The notes beneath the pieces are model-generated. The model worked only from the letters and a program-made list of their open reading frames with translations, ran no database searches and was not told the DNA's origin. From the NCBI GenBank assembly GCA_030390025.1, contig CM059438.1, forward strand, positions 69,008,001-69,072,000: a stretch of DNA of 64,000 bases. The letters are read 5' to 3'. Origin of the DNA: Squalus acanthias (taxonomy: Eukaryota). This document shows positions 20,263-32,880 of this stretch, piece after piece. Each line of letters starts with the position of its first letter. Within the stretch, counting starts at the first letter, position 1. Made by a program: the position numbers and the translations under genes.

Positions 20263-23158
20263 TTTGTCAGGGGGATGGGAAAAAGGGCTGTAGTCCACGA
20301 GCCAGTGGTGAGTGTAGGGAGGTACTGAGGAGGGTATCAAGGTCGCAGGAATGTACCGGCAGACAGGAAGATGGCTTGAAGTGTGTCTACTTCAATGCAA
20401 GGAGCATCCGGAATAAGGTAGGAGAACTTAGAGCGTGGATTGGTACTTGGGACTACGATGTGGTGGCCATTACGGAGACATGGTTAGAACAGGGACAGGA
20501 ATGGTTGTTGGAAGTTCCGGGGTATAGATGTTTCAGTAAGAGTAGGGAAGTTGGTAAGAAAGGTGGAGGAGTAGCATTGTTAATCAAGGATAGTTTAACA
20601 GCGGCAGAAAGGCAGTTCGAGGGGGATCTGCCGTCTGAGGTAATATGGGCTGAAGTTAGAAATAGGAAAGGAGCGGTCACGTTGTTAGGAGTTTTCTACA
20701 GGCCCCCAAATAGTAATAGAGATGTGGAGGAAGAAATTGCAAAGCAGATTATGAATAGGTGTGGAGGTCACAGAGTAGTTGTCATGGGTGACTTCAACTT
20801 TCCAAATATTGATTGGAACCTTTATAGGTCAAACAGTTCGGATGGGATAGTTTTTGCACAGTGTGTGCAGGAGGGTTTCCTGACACAATATGTGGATAGG
20901 CCGACAAGAGGTGGGGCCACGTTGGATTTGGTACTGGGTAATGAACCGGGCCAAGTGTTTGATTTGTATGTGGGAGAGCACTTTGGAGATAGTGACCACA
21001 ATTCGGTAACTTTCACTATTGCAATGGAGAGGGATAGGGCCATACGGCAGGGCAGGGTTTATAATTGGGGGAGGGGTAATTATGATGCGATTAGGCAAGA
21101 ATTAGGGAGTATAAATGGGAACAGAAACTATCAGGGAAAGGCACAAACGAAAAGTGGAGCTTTTTCATGGAGCAATTACTGCGTGTCCTTGATAGGTATG
21201 TCCCTGTCAGGCAGGGAGGAAATGGCCGAGTGAGAGAACCATGGTTCACAAAAGAGGTTGAATGTCTAGTCAAGAGGAAAAAGGAAGCGTATGTAAGGAT
21301 GAGAAAACAAGGTTCAGTTGGGTCGATTGAGGGGTACAAGGTAGCAAGGAATGAGCTAAAAAAAGAGCTTAGGAGAGCTAGGAGGGGGCATGAGAAGTCC
21401 TTGGCGGGTCGGATCAAGAAAAACCCCAAGGCTTTTTACTCTTATGTGAGAAATAAAAGAATGACCAGGGTGAGGGTAGGGCCGGTCAAGGACAGTAGTG
21501 GGAACTTGTGCATGGAGTCAGAAGAGATAGGAGAGGTGATGAATGAATACTTTTCGTCAGTGTTCACCGAGGAGAGGGGCCATGTTCTTGAGGATGAGAG
21601 TGTGATAAAGGTGGATAGGCTGGAGGTGGTAGATGTTCTGAGGGAAGATGTTTTAGCAATTTTGAAGAACCTGAGGGTCGATAAGTCCCCTGGGCCAGAT
21701 GGGATATATCCTAGGATTCTTTGGGAGGCAAGGGAGGAGATTGCAGAGCCTCTGGCTTTGATCTTTGGGTCCTCACTGTCCACGGGGATGGTGCCAGAGG
21801 ACTGGAGAGTGGCGAATGTTGTTCCTCTCTTCAAGAAAGGAAATAGGAATGACCCTGGTAATTATAGGCCGGTTAGTCTTACTTCGGTGGTTGGTAAGAT
21901 AATGGAAAAGGTCCTGAGGGATAGGATTTATGACCATTTGGAAAGGGGCAACTTAATCAGGGATAGTCAACACGGATTCGTGAAGGGTAAGTCTTGCCTA
22001 ACAAATTTGATTGAATTCTTTGAGGAGGTAACTAAGTGTGTAGATGAAGGTAGAGCAGTTGATGTCGTATACATGGATTTTAGTAAGGCGTTTGATAAGG
22101 TTCCCCATGGTCGTCTCATGAAGAAAGTAAGGAGTTGTGGGATAGAGGGAAATTTGGCCGATTGGATAAGTAACTGGCTATCTCATAGAAGGCAGAGGGT
22201 GGTGGTGGATGGAACATTTTCGGACTGGAGACCAGTTACCAGCGGTGTGCCACAGGGGTCGGTGCTGGGTCCTCTGCTGTTTGTGATTTTTATCAATGAC
22301 TTGGAGGAGGGGACTGAAGGGTGGATCAGTAAATTTGCTGATGACACCAAGATTGGTGGAGTAGTGGATGAGGTGGAGGGCAGTTGTAAGCTGCAAAGAG
22401 ACATTGATAGGATGCAGAGCTGGGCCGAAAAATGGCAGATGGAATTTAACCCTGATAAGTGCGAGGTGATTCATTTTGGTAGGGCAAATTTGAATAAGGA
22501 TTACAGGGTCAACGGCAGGGTTCTGAGGAACGTGGAGGAGCAGAGGGATCTGGGGGTTCATATCCACAGATCTCTGAAGGTTGCCACTCAAGTGGATAGA
22601 GCAGTAAAGAAGGCCTATGGTGTGTTGGCGTTTATTAACAGAGGGTTTGAGTTTAATGACAGTGAGGTTATGCTGCAACTGTACAGGACCTTGGTGAGAC
22701 CACATTTGGAATATTGTGTGCAGTTCTGGTCACCTCACTATAGGAAGGACGTAGAAGCATTGGAAAGAGTGCAAAGGAGATTTACCAGGATGCTGCCTGG
22801 TTTGGGGGGGAGGTCTTATGAGGAAAGATTGAGGGAGTTGGGGCTTTTCTCTTTAGAGCGGAGGAGGATGAGAGGCGACTTAATAGAGGTTTATAAGATG
22901 ATGAGGGGGATAGATAGAGTGGATGTTCAGAGACTATTTCCTCGGGTAGAGGCAGCTGTTACAAGGGGGCATAACTATAAGGTGCATGGGGGGAGATATA
23001 GAAGGGATGTCCGAGGTAGATTCTTTACTCAGAGAGTGGTTGGGGTGTGGAATGGACTGCCTGCTGTGATAGTGGAGTCGGACACTTTAGGAACTTTCAA
23101 GCGGCTATTGGATAAGCACATGGAGCACACCAGAGTGATAGGGAGTGTGATAGCTTGA
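20253..23158 (+). CDS. CR1 ORF2p (APE endonuclease plus RT), single 1-bp frameshift at about 21113
   Basis: YFNARS, AITETW, YRPP, GDFN, TLDLV and SDH in one frame; KSPGPDG, NYRPVSLTS, PQGSVLGP and FADDTK in the next. One extra A in ATAAATGG would join them. Confidence 0.9.
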
Positions 23159-23984
23159 TCTTGGTCTCGGACAATGCTCGGCACAACATCGAGGGCCGAA
23201 GGGCCTGTACTGTGCTGTACTGTTCTATGTTATGTCATTATTGCTTCTTTCCTTTTTCTTTATTTTCTTTTTTCTTTTTCAGGGCTTCAGGTCTGGCATG
23301 TTGGAGTGGGAATGTATGCTTTTTTTCATTTGGTGAATCATTGTTCTTATTTTTTCTGCTAAATAAATTTGTATTTCAGACTGGTACTATCCATTCACAG
23401 TTGGATTCAGCAGAACAGTGACCATTTTTTGTGATTCCTTATCCTAAAGTACAGTGATGTACGACAATTATATGTCATCTAATCACCATCTTAGTCATCT
23501 GTATTTAACCAGGTGATTAAGGCTTTGCTCACTTCCAGAACTGGTTGCATACAAGCAGGGCAATAAAAAAATTCCAGCCATGGGAATAAAACGAATTGTT
23601 ATGTAAAACATGAATTGTACTCAGATTAAAAAGGAGTCTGAAAGCACATTAGGTAAGGTTGCTGAAACTTGCAACCTCTGCAGAATTTATACAAACTCAA
23701 ATTGTAACAAAGAAATGGATAATTAAGCAAAACCAGCTCCTAGATAAAATTAAGTGCCTACTTCTTGCCAAGTTAATTAAAATGTAAATCCCATTGTGCG
23801 TTTCCTTGAGGTTAGTTTACTTCTATAAAATATTACCAAATTCTGATTATTCGATTCACCTTATTTGTAGATTTCGCCCATCAGAAAACTGCTCATGCCT
23901 GGTTTTATTATGCTTGTGATGTTTTCTTGTGGACAGTGATTTCTGATCTGTAGTTAAATGCGCAATTAAAAATGAGAAGGTGCC

Positions 23985-24190
23985 AGCTTCAATCCTTGGC
24001 ATGTGCGGAATTAGTTAATTTTACCAAGACATCGGCTGGGTTGCAACAAATGGCTTCAGCATCGCCCCTCCCCCGGGCTAGGAAAGGGAAGGGTGAGCTC
24101 GAGTTGCCGATCCTGATCGTTACTCAGTGACCTTTGCTGGAATGTCCACCTTTGCGGACATTACGTGAGAACAGGATCAGGTTTGGCTCT
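23985..24190 (+). mobile_element. Ancient SINE-like remnant
   Basis: B-box-like GCTTCAATCC followed by motifs I recall from old vertebrate SINEs (CCTGATCG…CAGTGACC). Family uncertain. Confidence 0.3.
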
Positions 24191-24217
24191 GAAAATGTTC
24201 CTTATCAAATACCATCT

Positions 24218-24650
24218 AATAGGAACAGGAGTAGGCCATTTAGCTCCTCGAGCCTGTACTGCCATTCAATGAGATCATGGCTGATCTGTACCTCAACTCC
24301 ATATACCCGCCTTTGACCCATATCCCTTAATACCATTGGTTAACAAAAATTTATCAATCTCAGATTTAAAATTAACAATCGATCAAGCATCAATTGTCAT
24401 TTGTGGAAGAAAGTTCCAAATTTCTACCACCCTTTGTGTGTAGAAGTGTTTCCTAATTTCACTCCTGAAAGGTCTGGCTCTAATTTTTAGACAATGCCCC
24501 CTAGTCCTAGACTCCCCAACCAGTGAAATAGTTTCTCTCTATCTACCCTATCTGTTCCCTTTATTATCTTGAAAACTTTGATCAAATCACCCCTTAACCT
24601 TCTAAATTCTAGGGAATACAAACCCTAGTTTGTGTAATCTCTCCTCGTAA
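24218..24650 (-). mobile_element. CR1 3' fragment
   Basis: Reverse complement of a CR1 3' UTR and ORF2 end. Confidence 0.82.
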
Positions 24651-25386
24651 AAAGGATAAAAGTTTAACCGTGCCATACGGATACAGAAAAAGCAGTTGTG
24701 CAGCATTTATTCAACATAAGTGTAGACTGTGCCATTTTTAAAAAAAAGGTGAATTTCTTACAGTTTGATGGCCAAAAGCAGAGCTAATGTTACAGAGAAT
24801 ATGATTTTATTTGCAAATAGGTAGTTACTACAACGAGTTAAGAACAGCAGCAGAAAACCAGTGGAAAAAAATCGATTCCCTAGCCTGGCAATTATGAAAG
24901 CCACCCTTGGTCAGAGAATTAATTTGAGTTTAAATTGGCCCAACTTGCGAGTCATTGGAAATAAATAAGTTGGCAGCAGAATAACAAAGATCTCTTCTTT
25001 CTCCAGTACCTCAGAGTATGCGATCTTATTGGATGGAAGAAAGGCAAAGAGACTATTGGGGATGTTCAGCTGGGAAAAGCAGAGGTTTTTGCAATTCAGC
25101 TGACAAGCAGTCATACTTCTGCTCAGGATATTGATGCTGGAGGAAGATCTTTTCATAATATTATTCGAAGAGGTTTTGAGTAACGTTGTGTCCAAAACCA
25201 TGCATCATTGTATGTATTTAGTTGAAATATTTAGGATAGCATAATGCAATACATTTCAATTTTTGGTACACACTTCAGTTATTTTAAATTAAATAAAATA
25301 ACTTTTTACAAATTTTCTAGAATTTGTTTTAATCTTTAGTTACGTCAAAAGTAGATATTAATTTTGTGACATCACTGTGCACTTTA

Positions 25387-26207
25387 GGGCTGGATTTTGC
25401 CAATGGGGAGCTTTTGGAGGCGGGACTCCCACTTGTCGGGTTTTAGTCCCGCCTCCATCGACTTCTGGCCAACCCATGCTATTTTCCCTTGATTGACCTT
25501 GTTAAGCCCGCCCAGCGGGTTTAGAAGGCCAATTAAGGGAAAGCCAGTGACAGAGAACGTCAGCGTATGATGTTTCATCTGTCAAAAATTGTCATCGTTT
25601 GACAGCTCTGTGAAGCTGTCAAACACTGACATTCTCTGTTGTTTGATGAGTCCTTGTATTCAAGACTCATCAAACCTCTCTGGTGAGCAGAAATCAGATG
25701 GCTGTTGCCTCGGAGAATGCAGCAGCCATCTGCCATCTCTGCTGGTGAGATGCCGGTTCCCCAACTGTTGAAGTCTGCAGGAAGAAACAAAGGTAAGTAA
25801 ACATTTTCTATCACTTTACACTCACCTCACATACTTACCTCTCCACACTTGCACCCATCACTTACCTCTACAGCGCACATTGGGACTCCTCCAACCCCCG
25901 CAGACCCACTGCTCGCCTCGCTGAGCTTGGTGGGGTTTCCCGACATCAGGAAGCCCACACTTGCAGGGGTAAAATGGGGATAATCCTCTTAACTGCCTGT
26001 TACCTACCTGTTAACAGGCAGTTAAGTGGCTGTAATCCCCTTCCCGCCTCAGGGGGCAGCTCCCAGCGCGGGTCAGGTACCCGCCTCCTGGAAAGATGGC
26101 ACGGAGGCGGGTTGGGGGTGGGATGGGTACCCACCCCCAGATTCTGCCATTTTCCCAGCCGTCCCGCCTCCAAACCCGCCTCCCCAGGGCTGGCAATATA
26201 TCCCCCC
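25387..26207. mobile_element. Harbinger-type non-autonomous element
   Basis: Imperfect TIRs GGGCTGGATTTTGCCA / TGGCAATATATCCCCCC, flanks TTA/TAA, internal palindromes. Confidence 0.6.
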
Positions 26208-26346
26208 TAAGTCACATGGAGAGTGCAGTGGTAACTCCGAGTTGCTGATAGTTTTGAATCTATTATGGTAATTGTCCCTGGTGCTCAGCTGGGCTGGAAG
26301 AATATCGAGGCACTTGCCTAAGTTACCCACATCAGGAGTAAATAGC

Positions 26347-27055
26347 GGGCATGGAATTACGGTGCTGATGGTGCGCGTACGCCGTTGGACGCTCTGTAAA
26401 AGGCCCCGCAAGTTCCAGGTTTCCGCATGCGCGAAAACCCGGAACTTGTGATCCGTCAAGGTTCGCCTTGGCAAATCGTCCGCATGCACCCCAAAAGCAC
26501 TTTCACTGGTGCAGAGTTGGGCTATTTGCCCAACTCTGCACCAGCAAATGCCCACGAAAACCTTACGTCTGGTAAAAGCTGCTTTTACCAACGTAAGGGT
26601 TAAAATAAATGTTAAATAAAAATGTTAAGAATGATTAAAACATACAAAAACATTTAAAATTAGTTTATGTAAATTTTGGCCCGGATTAAAAATTTTAAAA
26701 TTAATTTTCAAAAATTAAAATTTTTATTTTAAATGCTTAATTAAAGGGACTTTTAATTAATTTTCAACATGGAAACATTATTTTTATTTCAGTTGTGTTA
26801 ATTAATTATTTGGGGATTTCTCATAAGCTTATGAGGAATCCCCCTTTCTAATTGGTTGGCCAGGCCCACGTGATCTCAGGGACGCTTCCGAACTGGCTGC
26901 GTCCTTGGGATCCGTGGGCCTTTACGCAGGTGTATGCCTGGAGGCCCAGAACCCGAAGTCTCCGAAGCCCGGGAGCCAGCAGGTAGCTGTGTATTTTTTT
27001 TTTTCGGGTCGGAGCCATACCCCAGAGGTATGCCTCCGACCGCAAATTTCGTCCC
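26347..27055. mobile_element. Harbinger-type MITE, distant relative of family 1
   Basis: Imperfect TIRs GGGCATGGAATTACGG / CCGCAAATTTCGTCCC, AT-rich core, ATTGG…CACGTG module. Confidence 0.65.
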
Positions 27056-27382
27056 ACCAAGATGGGTTGAAAATCAATTTGGAAAACAGATGATAAATGA
27101 AAAGGGGTTTCTTTTGGACCAGTGACAGGTGCAGTTTCTTGGGCATCTCTTCTGGGTCTTCTGCTCCATACACATTTCATAAACAATATGGCGTAAAATA
27201 CCGCTAGCAAATATTCTCAAACCTGTTGATGATCTGAACCTGTGTACCTCTATGGCCACTCTAAGGAAGATTGATAGGATTCCAAGAAGTCTGGGCAATA
27301 TAAGCAAATGGGCTAAGGAACAGCAGATAGATTTTAATATGGATAAATGTAAGTTAATACACATTAATATAGGAAACTTTTA

Positions 27383-27797
27383 TTATTCATTCACAGGATG
27401 TGGACATTGCTGGCAAGGCCAGCATTTATTGCCCATCCCTGATTACCCTTGAGAAGGTGGTGCTGAACCGCCTTCTTGAATACAATGGAGTGGCTTGCTT
27501 TCAAAAGGCAGTTAAGAATCAACCACATTGCTGTGGGTCTGGAGTCACATATAGGCCAGACCGGGTAAGAGCAGCAGATTTCCTTCCATAAAGAACATTA
27601 GTGAACCAGATGAGTTTTTACGACAATCCAGTAGTTTCATGGTCACCATTACTGATACTAGCTTTTTAATTCCAGATTAATTTAATTAACTGAATTTAAA
27701 TTCCCCAGCTGCTGTGGTGGGATTTGAACTCATGACTCCAGACCATTAGTCCAGGAATCTTGATTACTAGTCCAGTAACATAACCACTATGCTACCA
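27383..27797 (-). mobile_element. tRNA-derived SINE with LINE-derived tail
   Basis: Reverse complement of 36875-37286: A box GGTAGCATAGTGG, B box GAGTTCAAATCC. Confidence 0.82.
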
Positions 27798-30700
27798 TAC
27801 CAAATAAATTTGACAAACCTGGAGATAAAGAAAGAAAATTTCCATGCGATTATTGGTCGTTCACTGAAACTATTGAGCCAATGGGAAGTTCTTATCCAGA
27901 AGGCTAATCATGTAGTGTGATGCATCTCCAGCCCATTTGATTATAATTCAACAAAAATTGATGAGGATGATTCTAGGATTTAATCATTTGAATTTATAAA
28001 GAAATGGAAAGCACAGAATTGAAGCAGTTTTTTACCAGAGAAAAAATTGAGAGAGCTTGTGTTGGTGGTTCTTCAACTGTTAATAGGCAGCAGTGCTGTA
28101 GCTGTAAGCAGGTTATTTCATTAAGGCTGCCATTGTAGAACTTAAGAACTGGCTTTTTTTTTTCTCCCTTAAATTGCAGATATCCGGATTGGACTCTTTT
28201 TGAAAGAGTTAATTGATTATATGCATCGATCAACTCTTTCAAAAGGAAACCCACAATATTTGGTTAAGGATGTGATTGAAGGTTAAATACAACAACGAAA
28301 CACTTGTTTCTGCCTATTGAGATCATATAACTGCCTCTGTGGAGGGTCGATGTTTTGATTTTGAGGAATATGGAAAATAAGTCATCTTTATCCTGCCATT
28401 TTCATTCAGTTGCTTTCTGACATCAGGAAGGAATATTTGAAGACTTTCAGCATCCTGAAATTCTTCTTCAAGTTATGCACCTCCTTCAAGAGATTAGATA
28501 TATTGGGTTGAGTCCATGGCAGTGCAAATTCTATATGATCTATCCGAAGCAGCTACTGGGGTGAATGACCTTTGTCTTTTTGCTTACTGTTCTTGTCTGC
28601 ATACTTTATTTTCAAAAAACTGTTGTAAGTTCTTGTCTGTGTGCGTGTGAATTACCTGTTATGCTTTGTGCAACAGATAGGTGTCAGAATTATTGCTTGG
28701 ATTAAACACTGGCAAGACACTGTAGCAAAATTCTAGTCAGGCACAAAAGAAAAATATAACCTGGTTCTTGGGTTGAGATAGAAGCTCTTCATCAATATTA
28801 AATAAAAATAAAAGGTGCTTCAGGGAAAATGGTATGCCTGCATGATACTTTGATGGAAAATCAATTTAGTCCCCTTATTTGAATTGGAAATCATGCCTTT
28901 TAACAAGCAGAATGTAGAACCATAAATCATACATTTCTTCTGTGAGAAGCTGATTATCCGTTAAAATAATTTATATGAAAAGTGGGTTCCATTTTGACAA
29001 TTCTTCGGCAATTTTTGTATCACGTTTTGGTTGTTCCAAAGATGGCGCAAAGAGGAATCCATTGCTCTTTACAAATACCTGAATGAACCTTTGACTTTCT
29101 CAAGATTAGCACTTGCATTGAAAAAGACAGATTTTCAAAACAATAGAGCCATTTGCTCTTGGAGACAAGGCTTTGAAATCTTTTGGATCCTTTCTTCTTA
29201 AGGGTTTGATCCTGAGCATCTCTCTCATTGAAGATTTAAATGAGTTCTAATTTCTCCAATTCCAACAGAACTGCAGCACAAACAGCATATTGTAGACTTT
29301 GGAGCTATAGCAAAAATTCTGATCTCTGGTCATTTTCTTGGGTGAATGCTTTAACCCCACAGAGAACCACTCCTAGAATCGCTATCTAGTATTAATTGAT
29401 TTAGTCTATGGATACATTTGGAACAACTGATCTTTACCCTGGAAAAACAAAAGCAAAAAAGTCAACTCATTATTAGTTCAGCATCTTTGGAAAAACATTC
29501 GTCTTTGGCTGTGGGCTATTTAGTTTGCTATTCAATGTTAAGAAGAATTCAATTTCAGTTAGCAATGTTGAATGAAACAGTCAAATGGAAGAAACAACCA
29601 AAATATTTATTCTGCAAATTGAGTTTTATTTTTTTATTAACTACATGTTGTCTTCAACATTGTCATAAATCATCCATTGCCACATTGCATGTCTTCACCA
29701 ACATACTGCACCATGAGGTGGAAGGTAGTGATTCCCTTTCGGTGAGTTCTGAGTTCTGATCTCACTAAAGCCCGATTGGTAGATAGGAGGTAGAGAACAA
29801 ACATCAGAGGGCAGATCGACATGGAAAGCTCAAAGGTTCCTCCCTGGTGTGTGGAGAGAATAGCAGTGGCAAAGGGCTGGCAGCAAGTTATCCCCCTGAG
29901 CTTTTTCAACTGCAGAATTTTGCATGGCATGGGAGGCCCTTAAAGAGGCCAGATAATGGATGAATGTTCTTTTTATGAATTTATGTTAACTTCTTTCTGT
30001 TATCATTTTTTTCTTGCATCACAATGGTCCAGTTTATGTCCAAGATGTAGTGATGCAGACTTACTGATTGGGTAATAATTATTAAAATAAAAAGAGGCCT
30101 GTAAATATCAGAAGTTGTACCAGTCCATTCCTCTCGCACTCAGTTAACTCAGTGTCCGTGTTCATCAAAAATATTGTAAACTTGAACATAGGAATCTCAT
30201 TTAAATCTAGAAATGATCGCTAGCTTCACTAGTGCAAATGATGAGAAACTCATGGCAAGAACCACTGAGGTTTCTTCATGTAATGTATTACACACCAATG
30301 GTAGAGTCTCTGACCATCTATTGTATCATTCCTATTTTTCTAACCATGTTGTAAGAGGTGATCTCACAATCTGACGTATGCGAGGAGGGCATGTCGGGAA
30401 ATTGCAGGCTGCATTCCCTGGGATTCCCGCTCCCCTCTGGGAATGTCAGATTGTGAATTGCCGCTAGAATGTTTGAAAGGAACTCTGACGGAGATGTCAC
30501 TAATTCAACATTAACAGATATTTTATTGCATCTGTTGATTAACCTCAGACATTTTAATTTCACAAAATATGTTATCCAGCATAAATAAGAAGTCTCAAAT
30601 CTAAGCATCAAAATAAGTCCAGACACAGGTATTCGATTTGTAGAATTGATTCTTAAGGCCTTAAACAAAAACAGATTCCAGATCAACACAAGTATTCTCC

Positions 30701-30987
30701 CCCACATTCACCAAAGGATTTTTTTTAAACTACTTGACTGCTCAAGTATTGTTTATCATGGCTTTGTAGAGCTTCAAAGAAAATTATTTAGAATAAAAAG
30801 ATAATTCTTAGTGTCCATGGCCATACACAGGGCTATTGATGTGAAATATTCTGAATCAATATGTTCCAACATTGTGAGGTGACTCCCTAGTATACAGTAC
30901 GATATATTTACAATCATCAAATCCAGTTAACATAAAAACAGAAAATGCTGGAAATACTCAGCAGGTCATCAGTGGAGAGAGAAACAG

Positions 30988-31024
30988 AGTTAACGTTTCA
31001 GGTCTGTGACCTTTCGTCAGAACT
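30988..31024 (-). ncRNA. Minimal hammerhead ribozyme
   Basis: Reverse complement agtt-CTGAcGA-aaggtcacagacct-GAAA-cgTT-aact. Confidence 0.75.
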
Positions 31025-31834
31025 GGAAAAAGTTAGATGCAACAGATTTTAACCAGGTGCAGAGGCAGGGAAAGGGGGGAGGGGAGGAAAGAACTAAAGG
31101 GACGGTCTGTGATAGGGTGGAAGGCAGGAGTGGTTAAAAGCTGCAAATGGGAATGGCAGAATCAACAACAGCTGGTGGCTGAAAAAATAGGGGGCAGAGG
31201 TTATGGTCTGACATTGTTGAACTCGATGTTGAGTCGAGAAGGCTGTCAAGTGCCTAATTCAAAGATGAGGTGTTGTTCTTCGAGCTTCATTGGAACAGTG
31301 TAGGAGGCCGAGGAAGGGGAGGTCAGAGTGGGATTGGAGCAGGGAATTAAAATGACAGGCGACCGGAAGCTTGGGGTCACCCTATGGAGACCAAACGCAG
31401 ATTGGGTGACCGGTTTGCAGAACACCTCTATTCAGTCCGTAAGCGTGACTCCGAGCTTCCGGTCGCTTGTCACTTTAATTCTCCGCTCCACTCTCACTCT
31501 GAACTCTCCCACTGTGCCAATGAAGCTCAACGTAAGCTCGAGGAACAACACCTCATCTTTTGATTAGGCAATTTACAGCTTTCTGGACTCAACATTGAGT
31601 TCAACAATTTCAGACTATAACCTCTGGCCCTATTTGTTCAGACGGCAGCTGTTGATGATTCTGCCATTCCCATTTGCAGCATTTAACCACTCCTGCCTTC
31701 CACCCTATCACAGACTGTCCCTTTTGATCTTTCTTCTCCCCCCTCCCCCCTTTCCCTGCCTCTGCACCTGCTTAAAATCTGTTACATCTCTAACTTTTTC
31801 CAGTTCTGATGAAAGGTCACAGACCTGAAACATT

Positions 31835-32434
31835 GGGCCAGAAATTCGGGTCTCCACAGGTGAGTACACGCTGTGTACTCACCCGTAGACCCAACGAAAG
31901 TGCCGGTTTCGCACATGCGCAGGAAACCGGAACTTCCGTTCCCTTAAAGGAAGGGGATCGGAGGTCAAACGTGTGCGCCGGAGAGGCAGCGTGCACGCAT
32001 TGGACTTCCGTTTTTTTTTCAGGTTTCTGTGTGAGGGTAAGTCCCCAGCAGCTGCGCGGGTAAAAAGCAGGCACAAGGCCTGCTTTTAACAAGGTAAGTG
32101 GTGAATTAAGTAAAATTTAAACATTTTTTCCCACAGGTTTATCTTTTTTAAATACTTTAAAGGTAAGTTTATTTTTAGCCCCGTTAAAAACTCTTCCTGT
32201 CAAATCCATGAATGGAGATTCCCTGCTCCGATTGGCTCTCCATGGCCCACGTGATCCCAGGGGACGTTTCGAACTAACTGCGCCCCTGGGATACGCAAGC
32301 ACTGCGCGCCGGCAGCTGGAGGAGGCCCAGGATCGGAATCCCACATGGGCCCAGAGCACAACGGCAGGCGCGCTAGGTAAGTGCAGGTTGGGGGCTTGCA
32401 CCCGCGGGAAGCCTCCGACCCGAATTTCTGGCCC
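31835..32434 (-). mobile_element. Harbinger-type MITE family 1, copy 4 (internally deleted)
   Basis: Perfect 17-bp TIR GGGCCAGAAATTCGGGT, flanks ATT/AAT. Confidence 0.9.
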
Positions 32435-32880
32435 AATAACTCAGTTTCTCTCTCCACAGATGCTACCTGACCTGCTGAGTATTTCTAGCATTTTCTGTTT
32501 TTATTCAGATTCCAGCATCCACAGTATTTTGCTATTGTATCAAATCCAGTTGCCTTGTTTAGCAATTGGTTTTTACACACTGAAGTGGATTTTTCAATTT
32601 GTTGTCTGTAATCACTGGAGCTGAAAATCGGACGGTTTCTATAACTGCCGACCGATACACAACACCAGTTTTATGCCCTGGCAGTAAGTTGAAAATCTAT
32701 CCCAATGTTTGTTAATTGTCTGAGAGTATTCTACTTGCCCACTGTAAACCAACAGTTGCATTTTTATTCGAGGACTATTTGATGATTGGAAGCGTCTTGG
32801 AAAGTATTTCAAGGCGCTATATCAATGCAAATTGTTGTTATACGCTTCTTTCTCCATGTGTAAAAAGGGTGAAAGATAAT

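Larger units (their letters stand above)
18586..23233 (+). mobile_element. Full-length CR1 LINE
   Basis: CT-rich leader, 76-bp tandem array, ORF1, ORF2 (endonuclease plus RT), short 3' UTR with CTGTA/TATGT tail. The 5' boundary is approximate. Confidence 0.93.
30933..32535. mobile_element. Penelope-like element with inverted 3' duplication (30933-31380 minus, 31381-32535 plus)
   Basis: GIY-YIG C-terminal coding sequence GETKRRLGDRFAEHL…VACHFN and EAQRKLEEQHLIF. Both outer ends carry the same 3' terminus in opposite orientation. MITE inserted at 31835-32434. Confidence 0.85.

Noticed and set aside
23283..23421. Two micro-exons after pyrimidine tracts
   Set aside because: Splice-like signals only; no recognisable coding sequence.
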